64,000 nt of DNA from Lama guanicoe (taxonomy: Eukaryota). The DNA lies in NCBI GenBank assembly GCA_013239625.1, contig MU053881.1, positions 9,633,957 through 9,697,956 of the forward strand. The letters are read 5' to 3'. The notes under the pieces were generated by a model, which did not search any database, was not told the DNA's origin, and saw nothing but the letters and a program-made list of their open reading frames with translations. A program made the translations under genes and the position numbers. Numbering within the stretch: the stretch's first letter is position 1; every line of letters begins with the position of its first letter. Shown here in pieces: positions 51,810-64,000 of the stretch.

Positions 51810-52030
51810 ACAATAATAAATAATCAGCATCCTTTAAAGCGTATGCTGTGCATCGGATCTTTTTCTGAGTGCTTTATATGCATTAAATTACTTAATTCTC
51901 TTGTTGCTACAAATTGCGGTAATCTTAACTATTCTCATTTTCCAAATGAAGTAGAGAGGCCTACAGAGAAGGTAAGTATCTTATCCAGGGTCACAGTGTC
52001 AGTGCCCAGCAGAACCGGAACCTCGATATT
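51810..52030 (-). mobile_element. MIR SINE remnant
   Basis: tctgagtgctttatatgcattaaattacttaattctc...attctcattttccaaatgaag...agagaaggtaagtatcttatccagggtcacag. Confidence 0.75.
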
Positions 52031-54030
52031 TCCTCCACAGTCTTCCAATAAAGAGCTAAAAAAATCAATGAGCAGGAACCTCTCAAAGACAGGCACAACC
52101 AGGCAAAATATCTTTCAGTTTTACAGAAAGCTGAGACAGAGAAATTTAATTCAGGTTTAGATTCATGAACAAAAATTTGCCAGATCCAAGGAGCAGCATC
52201 TGGTGTAATCTGTGTTGCCTTTTTGCACACAGAGACCAAAAAAAAAAAAAAAAAAAAAACTTTTCAAAAAAAAAAAAAAAAGTCTTTCAAGATAATCTCT
52301 TCTTGGAAAAAAAAAATCACAACGTGAAGCTGAGACCAGGGCCTCCCCGTCAGAAGAGTAAAGTATAGCTCTGGCTTTATGAGTCGTTCTGTGAATTTTA
52401 TGTTCTGTGCGTTCCACAAAGTAACGGGAAATTAAATTAACACAGTTCTTTATAGCATTTTAAATTTTTACCACAATTAATTTCCTGTACTACTGTATTT
52501 TGGTCCTGCAGCCATCATTTGAGTAAATTTAACTCAGATGTGGCATTCCATCCCCCAAATTAAAGAAGTAAGCCATTTGTCTTTCCTGACTGACTTCATT
52601 GATAACTCACCAGTCTGCCTTATTTTAGGCGAAAGGTTGTGCACTTAACAGAGCGGGGCCGAATATAGGTCTCCTTTCAAGGATGTTCTCTATCCCATGA
52701 ATACCTCTTTCAAAAAAGATCTCTTCGTGCAATGAATAAAACATACCATGGTCACAGATTATATATAAACTTTCATCACTGTCTTGGGTGTTTCCTTAAG
52801 AAATCACCACGGGCAAACTTTGGCAAGAGCAGATACACAGGGGAGGAGATTCTCTTTGTCCCCAACTCAGACCAATAAACACCTGCCTCTCAAAAAGGAA
52901 GACTCAACCAGCCAATGAAGACAGCCCTTACTGTTCACCTGGTCTGAACTCTTTAAAGACAAGAAGCTGAAATCCGAAGGGGTGAAATGACTAATAATAA
53001 TCTTACACCCACTTTAGAGAGGTTCCTTAAGCCTTTCCTCTGTCCCAGGCCCAGGAGAAGGGGTGCCCGGGCTGACCGAGTACATCCAGGGACTGCACAT
53101 CTGCAAATCTCTGTCTTCAGCTATAAAACGAGAAGAGGAAAAAAGTATTTCTGAGTTTCTTCCTAGCATTCTTCATACTCGGTAGCTTCCAAAATGATTT
53201 CCAGGACCTTGAGTCATCAGGTCTACAGAACGCTGACTTTTAGGCGCTTCGGTGCACAGAGCAGAGTTCTTCCTGAACCCAGTGCTGACTGTCCACTCAT
53301 TGGCATGCTATGTTCCAAAAGTATCTGCGAGTCAAGTTTTGCCTGGAATAACTCCCCCACAGAAAACGCATCCTATGTGCCGACATGACCGGATGGGCCA
53401 GAAGATAAACAACTTTAACACTAGGTGAATATTTCTCATTTCAGGGCACAGAGCTGGGTCTAGTATAGACATGGGAAAAACTTTTTCAACACTGTCCCAC
53501 ATTTTATTATTCTTACTCCATTTTTTGTTATTCTTTTTCTTTTTTTTCCCCCTCTGATCTACATGACCTCCCATCCCCAAAGAGCTAGAATTTGTCAAAT
53601 TACCCACTGGCTCTTGGCCTTGAATAGAAATCTTTTTTCTTTTGTTCAGAAGGAAAGATAAATTAATGGTTAAATAATAAATTAATGGTTAAATTAATTT
53701 AGTCTTAATTTGGAGGGCTTGAGAACCCGAAAGTTATTCTGGAAGCAGTCTAAATATCTAGAGCACCTGTGGTCTGTTCCTGGAAAAGTCCAGATTGCTC
53801 AGAAGGGTCTTTTGCCATCTCTCCACAACCAACCTTGCCAGGCCATTTTGATACCCACGCAGGCATCTGACCACAGCCAGTCACAGACCTAACTGACTGA
53901 CATCAATGACTCCAGAAGGCCCTTCCCTCTGGAGAAAACATCCATCAAGACTATTGAATCATCACGACCCTTTCAGAGAGAATCACCTCAATCCCTCTAA
54001 AGGACAGAAAATGAATGTTGAGTGATAAAC

Positions 54031-54430
54031 GGATGGATGGATGCATGCATGCATGGATGGATGGATGGATGCATGCATGGATGGATGGATGCATGCACGG
54101 ATGGATGGATGCATGCATGCACTGATGGATGGATGGATGCATGGATGGATGGATGGATGGATGCATGCATGGATGGATGGATGCATGCACGGATGGATGG
54201 ATGCATGCATGCATGGATGGATGGATGGATGCATGAATGGATGGATGGATGCATGCACGGATGGATGGATGCATGCATGCACTGATGGATGGATGGACGC
54301 ATGGATGGATGGATGGATGGATGCATGCATGGATGGATGGATGCATGCACGGATGGATGCATGCATGCATGCACGGATGGATGGATGCATGCATGCACGG
54401 ACGGATGGATGCATGCACGCATGCATGGAT
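54031..54430. repeat. Compound (GGAT/GCAT/GCAC)n tetranucleotide repeat, 100 units, with a 160-bp higher-order duplication
   Basis: Read directly. 54031-54190 and 54191-54350 differ at only two bases. Confidence 0.97.
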
Positions 54431-56052
54431 AAATAGAAGAGATTATGCCTTAACCTAAAATCTGTAATTTGTGGGATTGAGGCAAGGTAAATCAAAGTGA
54501 AGAGAAGAACCAGTGACGCAGATAGAAAACACGGAGAAAGAACTCACGTTCAGGTGTGCTGACCGGACCTCAGAAGGAATCTACTCCGCACAAGATTTTT
54601 AAATCCTTCATTCCCATAGAATCACATCAGAGTACAATGCATTTTCACACATATATTACCTTACTTGATTTTAACAAGCCTCTAAAGCAGTCAGGAAATA
54701 CATTATTTGTCCCATTTTACAAACATCAGAATTGAAGCTTCAAGAACAGAAATGTCTTTTTTTTTTTTTTTCCTGATCAACTAAACTGTGGTACAGTCTC
54801 CCAGACCTCCACCACCTGGTTGCCCTGTTGAAAGGTTCAGATCATCCCCAAATTTTCTTTCACTTTTGTTTACCTTAGACACTCTAGATGATTCTTCCCC
54901 ACATATTTCCCTGGCAGTGAGGGTGAAAGAAGACAGATTAGATTCAGGCGGAAATCTCATCTCCTCACATGTTATTGGTGAACAAATGAATGAGCTATTA
55001 CTTGTGTGCATCCCTAAAATTAAAATTTGTATTTCTCATGAGTTATTGTTCTTAGTAGATACAAATGGCATATGCTATGATCATAATAAACCTTCGTTAA
55101 TTCATTCATCTCTGACTCAAAGATGATATCTGGTTTATGTGTTTTATATAAAAATTTATATATATATATAAATTTAAAAAAATATATATATATATTTTAA
55201 AGTGGAATTTAGGGGGAAAAAAAGAAACAGGTAAGATGGATTTTCAACTATCAAGCGCCCTGATAGTTTTATTGCTGTCTGCCAAGCACCTGTATCTTTA
55301 CTACAGGTGTGACACTGACCCACTAAAACCAAACACTAAAACCAATTGATTTTACTCCAGGAGTAACAAGAACTGTGATGTATTATTTCAGGGGAAACTG
55401 ACTGAATATGTCATTTTTATATGCAGTGTAGCTCATTTAATGTTAATGAAGGTGACTGAGTGGCTTTCTATCCCTTGAATCTACCTGCACATTTTATAAT
55501 TAAGAGAGGAATATATTAATTATGAGGAGGGTTGGAACCAAAAAAGACTATTCAGTGTTATTTTCCATGAACAACTTCGTTTTTTAAATAAAAGATGAAC
55601 ACCTGATAATCACATGTTCATCAACATGATAAGGGTCCCTCCCATATTTTCTCTTTTCCTAGGCCTTTTATGCTACTTTTATCGACATTGACTTGTCATC
55701 TTCAACAGGTTAAGCTGCCAGTCAAGACAGGAATGTTACTTTCACGAGTAAGTGTCAACACAGTCTGGAAGAAAAGGTTTCCAGAATGCTATGACAATCC
55801 AAAAATAAGACAAATTTCCTGCAGATATCCAAATGGCAGAGGATGCACTTTAAAATTTTATGCTAGGAAGTAATATAATATCAAGTCTTAGCAATTATGA
55901 ATGTTAATAGCTCTTAAATCTACAATATATCAAATATGGAAATTCTGCTGGAGTAAAAGTTTCTGATTCAAAATGTATATTAAAACGGCTACTAATGTAT
56001 ACAAATCAGAAGCCTACATTTTAGAGGATAGAGATCTTAAAGATCAACCAGT

Positions 56053-56212
56053 TCAGAGGTGGGCAAACTGGAATCCATGGGTCACCACTATTAGTGTAAA
56101 TGAAGTGTTTTGTAACACAGCCACGCCCATCCATTTACATATCACCACGCCTGCGTTCACACTATATGGGCAGAGTGGCATGGTGCGTTGTAACAAAGCC
56201 TAAAATGTTTCA
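56053..56212 (+). mobile_element. MER58A-like hAT MITE remnant
   Basis: cagaggtgggcaaact...gtaaatgaagtgttttgtaacacagccacgcccatccatttacata...ggcagagt...caaagcctaaaatgttt. Confidence 0.7.
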
Positions 56213-56519
56213 ATTCACTCTTCCTTTGTACACATAGGGAAACTGAGGCCAAGGGAGAGTGACATGTCCAAGGCAACGCAGATTTTTTTTTAAGTTTTAT
56301 TGAAAATACATTCTCATAAGTAAGACCTGATATTCATCACCAGAGACAACAGAGAAGCCTGGGTTTCTGAAATGAAAAAGATGTAATTTCAGGGTAGGGA
56401 CCACCAGTCAGAAGCCATAAAGCCTTATGGATTATCCAGTCCCTCTGTTTTTGGACAATGATTTTTACCTGAAATCCATTCATGCCTCCCTCCCTCCTCC
56501 ACAGAATCTTAACCCCGTC

Positions 56520-57030
56520 CAGTTACCCATTCTCCCCACCCTAACCAAAGAAAGGGGGAGGGAAAGCTGACCTCACCTTCACCTCCACCCTGAGCTCTGA
56601 TATGTATAAGCTTAGGGTAATCCCCTTCCTCTTTGCCGGTGATTGGCTCAGGAAGGGGCACCAGAACAGGCATGGTCAACGTGATGTGAATAAAGGCTTG
56701 CTGCAGAGGTTTCTGGGAAAATTCTTCCTTTCCCCAGAGACTAACAGGGAGCCAGTTTTTCTTTCTACCACTAGATATGAACAAGGAAGTCTTTTGCTCC
56801 AATCAATTTTAACAACTCTTTCTAACCATTAGGAAAAACAATTGGAGGACAATGGTGACACAGAGATTAGGATCGATTGAGTAGAAAGGCCAAAAAAAAG
56901 AAAAAGGTAAGCCAGAACTCGAACCAGATCCTGCCTGGTAATGATGTATTTCTAGATTTCCAGTTTTACAAGATAAAATTTCCTTATTGCTTTCGTCAGT
57001 TTCAGACTATTCCTTATAACTAAAAGCATC
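56520..57030 (+). mobile_element. MLT1-type (MaLR) solo LTR remnant
   Basis: cttcctctttgccggtgattggctcaggaaggggc...gaggtttctgggaaa...tctagatttccagttttacaagataaaatttcctt...ataactaaaagcatctgaa resembles MLT1J/K. Confidence 0.65.
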
Positions 57031-60000
57031 TGAATATTTAAAATACTTCTCCAAATTTCAGAATAAGAAAACACCTATCTCACAGGGCTGTTCTGAGGAT
57101 GACATGAGCTAATACGTCACGTGTTTGGCACACAGTACTCAGCGGAAGGTAGTTATCTTCACTGATTTCAATGAATATTAATTTCCACTGGACAAAATGT
57201 CTAGAAAACGCACACACATTTACAAATGTGCAAAATACAATGAGGCTGTGCATACAACATTTATAGTCAAAATAATATAACTTTTCTACTGCAATATAAA
57301 TAATTATATTGCAGTATTTCCAGATAAATAATTCAGATTTCCCCTGGTGTTCTTTAGTTATATGGCCAAAGGAGCACAAGAACACTGGGATGGAAATTGG
57401 TCTGTTTATTTTGTCAAAATTAACCCAGCTGAAATATATTGATTCATCTCAGCAGACATGAAAAATCCCACAAGTATAATATTCAAGATGAAGAACTTTT
57501 ATTTGTAATAAGACCAGGAAGGGAAAATACCTATCACTCAATCAACTCTCCTAAGGAAATGCTCATAATGTATATATTTGCAAGTCAAGACAGGAAGGAC
57601 AAGAGGCTAAGAGACTTTAATTTGGGGCAGGAGCAGGTACCTGAATCTGAGGCATCACTGTTAGCAGCTGACAGCTATCTCTAAGGAATACCCACAACAA
57701 TCGCCTGGAATCCAGGTACCACCAAACCCCGTTTTCTCATTATGTACTAATCAGGTGGGCTTTGACGTAAACAAAAGTATCTTGCTCTCACAGGGGAATC
57801 TATCCTGATCTTATTAAGATGAGTGATGATATTAGTAGGAATGAAAGCATTTTCCTTTGTCCTTCCTCCCTAGCACCGTTCCAATAACCAGGAGAGAGTT
57901 CAGAGCTGCAGTGAACGGAGCCACCTTGGTGTCATGACTGAAGTCGCATCAGACAAGAAGTGTTTATCAACCTTTTTCCTTCAACCCAAAAATCAGAGAG
58001 GAGAGAAACTATTGCTGGGAATGTGAAGTCAATTCATATATCCATTCTCTATTTTACCCACATAATCAGGGCGTCTTTGGGTTTTGGTCCCATTTCCTTT
58101 CTAATACACGCAAAACCAGAAATTAAACGGACTATCAGGAGAAAAGGCATTTGTCAATATGATAAACGGTGTGCACTAATGGTTCTTCAGGAAGGACAAC
58201 AGACGGGAGGCCTCTAACTCTCTTCTAACGCCAGAATTTTCCTCACTTTCTGGGCCTCTGAGGATTACTTAGGGCAGAAAAGGGAAAAGTCAATTGGTCC
58301 AAGGGAAGCGGAAAGGGAAATGGCTTTGATATATCTGGAGTTAGTACCATGATGACTCAACATCACAGACTGGAGAAGCAGTGAGTCTATTTCTGATTTA
58401 AATCAGAGGGGAAAACCTAAAACAAACAAAACAAATCCAAACACCCTTACATCTTGTCCTTTAGCATAAAGACTTAATTTACCTGCTTGAAAAAGGTACA
58501 CAATTGTGCATGTTGGGATCCTTTCCATGAAAGTACAGATGGCAAGATGTCAAACAAACTATCAAAAGGTGCAAACACTTTACAGAAATCATGTATTATC
58601 TTACAAAACAACAATTTTCTAAGGTATAGATAAGAATTTTTTTTCAAGTTTATTTTATAAAGCATTCACTAATAAGATCATCCAGTAATCCTGGGAAGTA
58701 TATGAATAAATAGTAAACACAACACAAAATATATTCTTATGCTATGATTACAATGTTCTGTCTGCTCTTTAGAGAAATACCTATGTTTAAAAAGTGATTT
58801 CCAGGTTGGAATTCCAACCAAACACCCGTATGCCAAAATATCATTGTGCAAGGAATTTTTTTACTACCCCTACTTAAATCTAAAAATGATGGTAAATGTT
58901 CTCTTCTGTAACTGTATAACTAAAAAAGAATTACTATGTTCTCTAAACTCGCATCGTATTTTAGAGGAGCGTGGCATTTTGAAGAGAAAATTCTGTTTTT
59001 ACCAACCACTGAAATAACCAAAAATACTTAGACTCTCAAAATATCACAGGAAACTAAAAGATTCGTCTGGTCATTCTTATAGTCACCAACTAAAGACATT
59101 TATTGAGAGTCTAGTATGTGCTAGAAAAACGTTTAAACCATCTATACACTTTATATATAAATAGTAAACTGCGCCCAAGAGAGCCTCGCATTACAGCTAG
59201 AAAACAGGTTGGTATAATGATGGTTTATATAAATTTTTGGACCCTTTAAATAGACAGCTCTATCACAAAGCAAAGCTATAGGTTTTTATGTACCCTTTTC
59301 AAAAGGGATTAATTTAGGTAGACTCTGCAGAAGCCTCCTACATTCACAAACGCATTTATTTAAGGGAAAAGGTGAAATGTCACAGCTGGGATTGATAATG
59401 TTTGGCTTCACCCTGGTCTTTGATGATAACTCTTAGACTCCAAGCAGCATTGTATCTCGAAAGAAGAGTGGGTGTAAGGATGCTCAGCGTAATGAAACAG
59501 GCCAGGTTTAATTCCCTTAATCGCTTGGTCAGGGCAACTGAATTAACCAGCCACATCTGTTCACTTTGAAGTACCCAGTCTGGGTTCTTTCTCTTTATGT
59601 AACAGGGTTCTGTAGGGTTATTGTACTGTTTAGTCTCTTTGGCCCATTTGTTTCTTACCTCTCCTCACCCTGGGGGGATGGAAGGGGGGGCTCATTAAAA
59701 TTCAGAACACAGGCCCGTCCGTGTGATCACCTTTCCTGTGTGAATAGGGAACTTAATCCTTAAACAGACTCCTTGACTGGGCCAGATCTTTCACAATGTG
59801 GTTAGGGGAAGGGGCACGGGAGAGTAGGAGAATTCAGACCCACCGAATTGAGTGTTTGTTGGTTGGTTTGTTTTTTTTAATTCCTTTCCCTAGAGCTACG
59901 AGCAGATCACCGAAACCTCCTCTATTGTTAAACCTAAAATACACCCATGCTTTGTTCTATCTTTCTCCAAAAACCATTGTCAAATTCGAATTCTGTGACG

Positions 60001-60689
60001 TTCAGAAACCTTAAGCCCAAAACTAGCTGTCAGGGTCTTCCTCTTACAAAGCTCACGATCATTTTGGGGGGGAAATGATTGGTTTTCTTCGATGGCATCA
60101 AACACCAGTCAATAATTCCTAAGTCCTACAGTCTAATACGTGCTTTTCACAAAATGAAAGTATATAATGCATTTTAATCCTGACGCACTTAGGCGATGAC
60201 AATGTACTGGTTCTATTTCAGATTTCACTGACGGTCTCAGGTTCTGCAGCTTGCTGACCTGCTGCGTTCTCACAAGAAGCTTTTCAACATTCTCTGATGA
60301 ATGTATCATGTTTGAAAGCTTTATCATACGTTAGTTGCAATAATATCTTGTCAGGAATCTTATAATCTATTCGAGCACTAACAGGTCAATTTTACACACC
60401 TAACTCACCCAAAACTGTAGCCTATAAAGTGGTCGTCACTCTAAACAAAGCAAAACAAAACTCACATATGTACCCTCGGGTGGACATAGTCCCCTCGGGT
60501 GCTCTGCTTGGCAAAAGGACAGCCTTTGTGGTTAAAACAAACAAACAAAAAGTCCTGCTGTTTCTCAGGGAAGACGCAGCCCCCTGCCTCGTAGCACAGC
60601 TTTGTAAGAGGAGCAAAGTTTGCAGACTCGACTTCTCCACTTGTCCAGGTGCCTTTTATGCAGTGCACATACTGCACAACCTTCCATGG

Positions 60690-61050
60690 CAGTCCTGGAA
60701 CCCCTCTGGCTGGAAGCTCTTCCTCCAGAATCTTTCCATCTGATTCCTTTCCATTGCTTAGATTTCAGGTCATCTCACCTCCTCTGAGAGTCTCCCCTGA
60801 CTACCTCCCTTTCTCAGCCCCATCACCCTCTCTGTACACTACACATTTATTACCTCTCCTGAATTATCACCACCTGAAGTTGTCTCAATACTGATTGTTC
60901 ATATGGTATTATCTGTCTTCTCCTCACTAGAATATGAGCTCCCAGAGCGAGGGCATCTTGTCAGTCTGAGTCACCATGGTATCTCCAGAACCAATGGCAT
61001 TCCTCATGTGTGGAAGCATTTGATAACTATGTGTACATGATGGCTGGATG
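60690..61050 (+). mobile_element. L2 LINE 3' remnant
   Basis: ctcctcactagaatatgagctcccagagcgagggcatcttgtcagtctgagtcaccatggtatctccagaacc. Confidence 0.7.
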
Positions 61051-62279
61051 CAGGCACTAGAGTTTAGTGTGGAAAGAAAATTAAATCAATGGGCATACTG
61101 AGAAGTTTGGTGATTTTCTCCACGAAACCTTTTCATTCCAAATGTGTTGGATCTGGGACATGGCAAGACTTCTACAGAGAAAGAAATAGTAAAAGGCCAA
61201 TAAAATCTGTGAAGATGCTAGAAGCCAAATTGTGTTCATCTTCTGTATTCTGATGCTTATGGTTACTGAGAGGCCACAACTCCAGGGGGAAAAGAATCCT
61301 GACAGCAACAGAAGAGAAGGGACAGTCAGAAGAGAAGGCAGAGCTGAAAGCTTTCATGGCCATCACCCGCCATGACAGTTGGCCCCAGCTATTTCACAAC
61401 CAATAGAACCATGCACTTTATAAGTCGACAACCTTGATTCCACAACAAAGACAAAAATAATCTAATAACAAATCATATCCTGTGACATAAATCCATATTA
61501 CTAATATTAGTGTCTCGGGTAGGAAATGGAATCATAGTATACGTCACCTGCCAAGTGAGTTCACCAGAGAAATCGACATAACTCAATTCCTAATGGAAGG
61601 GACAAAAACTCCAACCCCAGGTCTGGCCTCAAATTTCTCCTATTAATGGGAGAAGAGGGAATCCCAAACCTGGGCTGCCAAGGCAAGTATATACTAACAA
61701 ACAAGGACTCCCTGTCAACTGTGCCCTGTCCTGGCTTAATCGCTCTGGCTCAGCATCCCCTCTGAGCAAGGTTCTCAACCTCCCTCACCAAGTGCCCAAA
61801 GAACACAGAGACTTACAGTTCTCGATATGTTAAGACTCCATTGTCAAACTCACAGTGGGTACCTCTCCATAAATGCTGAAGCACTGCACCTGTCCAGGCT
61901 CCTATGACCAAAAGCCAAACATGTAAGCATTCACCCTGGGAACTACAGATGTTATGACCCACGGCTAGGTTCAAGTTTGCCTTTGTGTGATGAAGACAGG
62001 GCTTACTAGACAGAGAATTACAGAGGTATAATTCACTACTTAGAAGTTTGTGGAGTTCACCATTTTTTTTTTGGTCAGTTACAATGACTCTTGCTCAAGG
62101 TGGACAGTGTTAACCATTTCCTTGCACAAGAAAAGCAGAAGAAGTAGTCATGAGCAGGTACTCTGAGTTAGTGCAAGAAAAAAAACCCATCAACTTCATC
62201 TCTGAAAAATTTGTATTTCCGGATGTCCTAAACTTCAAATAAGGAATGAAGGAATTTTACTTTATTAGCTAAGGCACAG

Positions 62280-62440
62280 TCTGACCATGTTACTTCACGT
62301 GTGTTATTTTTTTCCTTCCCATCTGTAAAACAAGGCTACTTACACTACCTGGGCACACGGGTGTTATGAGGAATAAATGGTGTCACGTTTTATAAAGTGC
62401 TGGGCCAAACAGCAGGCACATACTAAGACCTCATGTTTGT
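62280..62440 (+). mobile_element. MIR SINE remnant
   Basis: cccatctgtaaaacaagg...gggtgttatgaggaataaatgg...ataaagtgctgggccaaacagcaggcacatactaag. Confidence 0.7.
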
Positions 62441-64000
62441 TTATCACGTGCTATGGTACCACTTAAATATAATTCATCCAAAAGCTGTGGCCTTCACTGT
62501 TGTCATGTTAAAACAATAGTCCTAGTTTCATAAATGTTGTGTTACATGAAAAGGGAAAAAAAAAGGCAAAAGAAATAGAATCAAAGCATTTCTTCCCATT
62601 TAAAACAAATATACTACTTCTTTGGAAAGGCATATAAAATATCATGGTGAAATTTGTACGGAGGAACTATTAGGTGTAACGAAAAAAGAGGTTTGCCCCA
62701 ACAGCCATAAAGAAGCAGAATGGCTAGCTCTAGTAGGTATCCAAGTGGGAGATTTTTATTCATTTTTCAACAACAGTGAATTTATTGCCAAAAAGTAACA
62801 CTCCAGATGTTCTCACCCAGCACTGCCATCGTAGTTCACATACCTAGGAGGCTGTCCATTTCAATGCCAAATGGACAGTATCTCCAGGCAAAGGGTTTGA
62901 CCTCCTAAAAGATCGTGTTCCTTTGTAAAATTTAATGGCTGTTCCAACACCAGCTTGTGCTATGTTCTTCACTTACGGTTCATATGTGAACTGAAGAACT
63001 AAGAACTGTACCCTAAAACCAATAAAAAAAAATTCAATTACATTTTGGGATAAATTCCCGTGATATCTTTAACACTAACTTACCCATTTAAGAAATGTAG
63101 TAGTCGTCTCTATGAAAAATGCTCCTAATTCAGATACTTTCCTGGCTGACATTACCAGCAACCTAAACACCAGAGTGATAGATGGAAAAAGTTAAAAATA
63201 TTTCACTCTGTGGTTCCAACATTTCAGAAGCGCAATTGCTGGGAACTAGATTTAAGCTTTAATTAGGAACCGTATATATCACAGGGCTGCTCCTCTCCTG
63301 TGATGAGGCGGGGTGAGAGGTAGGGAACTTTATGTGCATGGGCTGAAATGCAGAGATCACTGAAAAGCAAGTGTGAACAACTCCAAGGCCAAAGAAGCTT
63401 TGAGGAATTTGGAGATTTAAAAGATGATCTCCATAAAACTGGGACCATGTCCATTAATTATACTCTGATTGAGGGGTATGTACTAGATACAGAAATCCAT
63501 TCCTTAAATATTAGTTAGCTTAATTATTATATACATAGATAGTCTTTCATATTTTTAACACTTCGCACCAAGGGGAAAAAAGCGTACTTCACGAAAAGTC
63601 TGTTAATTATACAGACATCTATTTGTTTTGAAAAGCAACTATTTTTAAACTTCTAATTATTAAAAGTAAGCAGAGAGGCAGAGTGATATGGAAAAATTAA
63701 TGGATGGGATGGATTAGAAAGGAAATAAAAGGTGAACAGCACAGAGGAGCCCAACGTGCAGGAAAGGGCTTTTCCCTCCCTTGGCCCCAGTGAACCAGGG
63801 GAGGGAACGGAACCGGGCAGGGCGGGTGCGTGCTGGGCATGTGCCCACGTGCACCTGACCATTTAATCAATATAAACCATCACAGCAGCTCTTTCAAGCC
63901 TAAAATTTAACTTGGGAGCTCATGTCCCTGCTGCAGGGTGTAAATGAGCTGATGTGTACCGCGCGGTGGAGTTGATCCTCTCACGTTTCCTGGTGGGAGC

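Noticed and set aside
53659..53697. Short direct repeat taaattaatggttaaat twice (similar small duplications near 7550 and 33700)
   Set aside because: Ordinary local slippage duplications.
53951..54495. Six overlapping ORFs of 73-170 aa (MDGW/HPSI repeats) and an array-like periodicity
   Set aside because: Artefacts of a stop-free tetranucleotide repeat. There are no unique spacers, so it is not CRISPR-like.

Overview
AT-rich mammalian (eutherian) genomic DNA with no recognisable protein-coding exon, RNA gene or prokaryotic system. A tRNA-derived SINE resembling camelid vic-1 and cetartiodactyl-type L1 3'UTRs suggest a camelid genome. About a third of the window is interspersed repeat: a near full-length ancient L1MC-type LINE (16165-22419), several younger L1 3' ends (some with clear target-site duplications, one inverted-duplicated), L2, MIR, hAT and Tigger MITEs and an MLT1 LTR. 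The long L1s are all on +, A-runs dominate +, and most strong splice-signal pairs are on the minus strand, so the window is most likely inside a large intron of a minus-strand gene that I cannot name. The best leads are candidate minus-strand micro/mini-exons (5, 10, 32 and 57 nt), a 400-bp GGAT/GCAT repeat with a 160-bp higher-order unit rich in RBFOX/NOVA motifs, an unexplained hairpin and two enhancer-like motif clusters. All are hypotheses. Repeat family names are from recalled consensus sequences, not a database search, and boundaries without TSDs are approximate.
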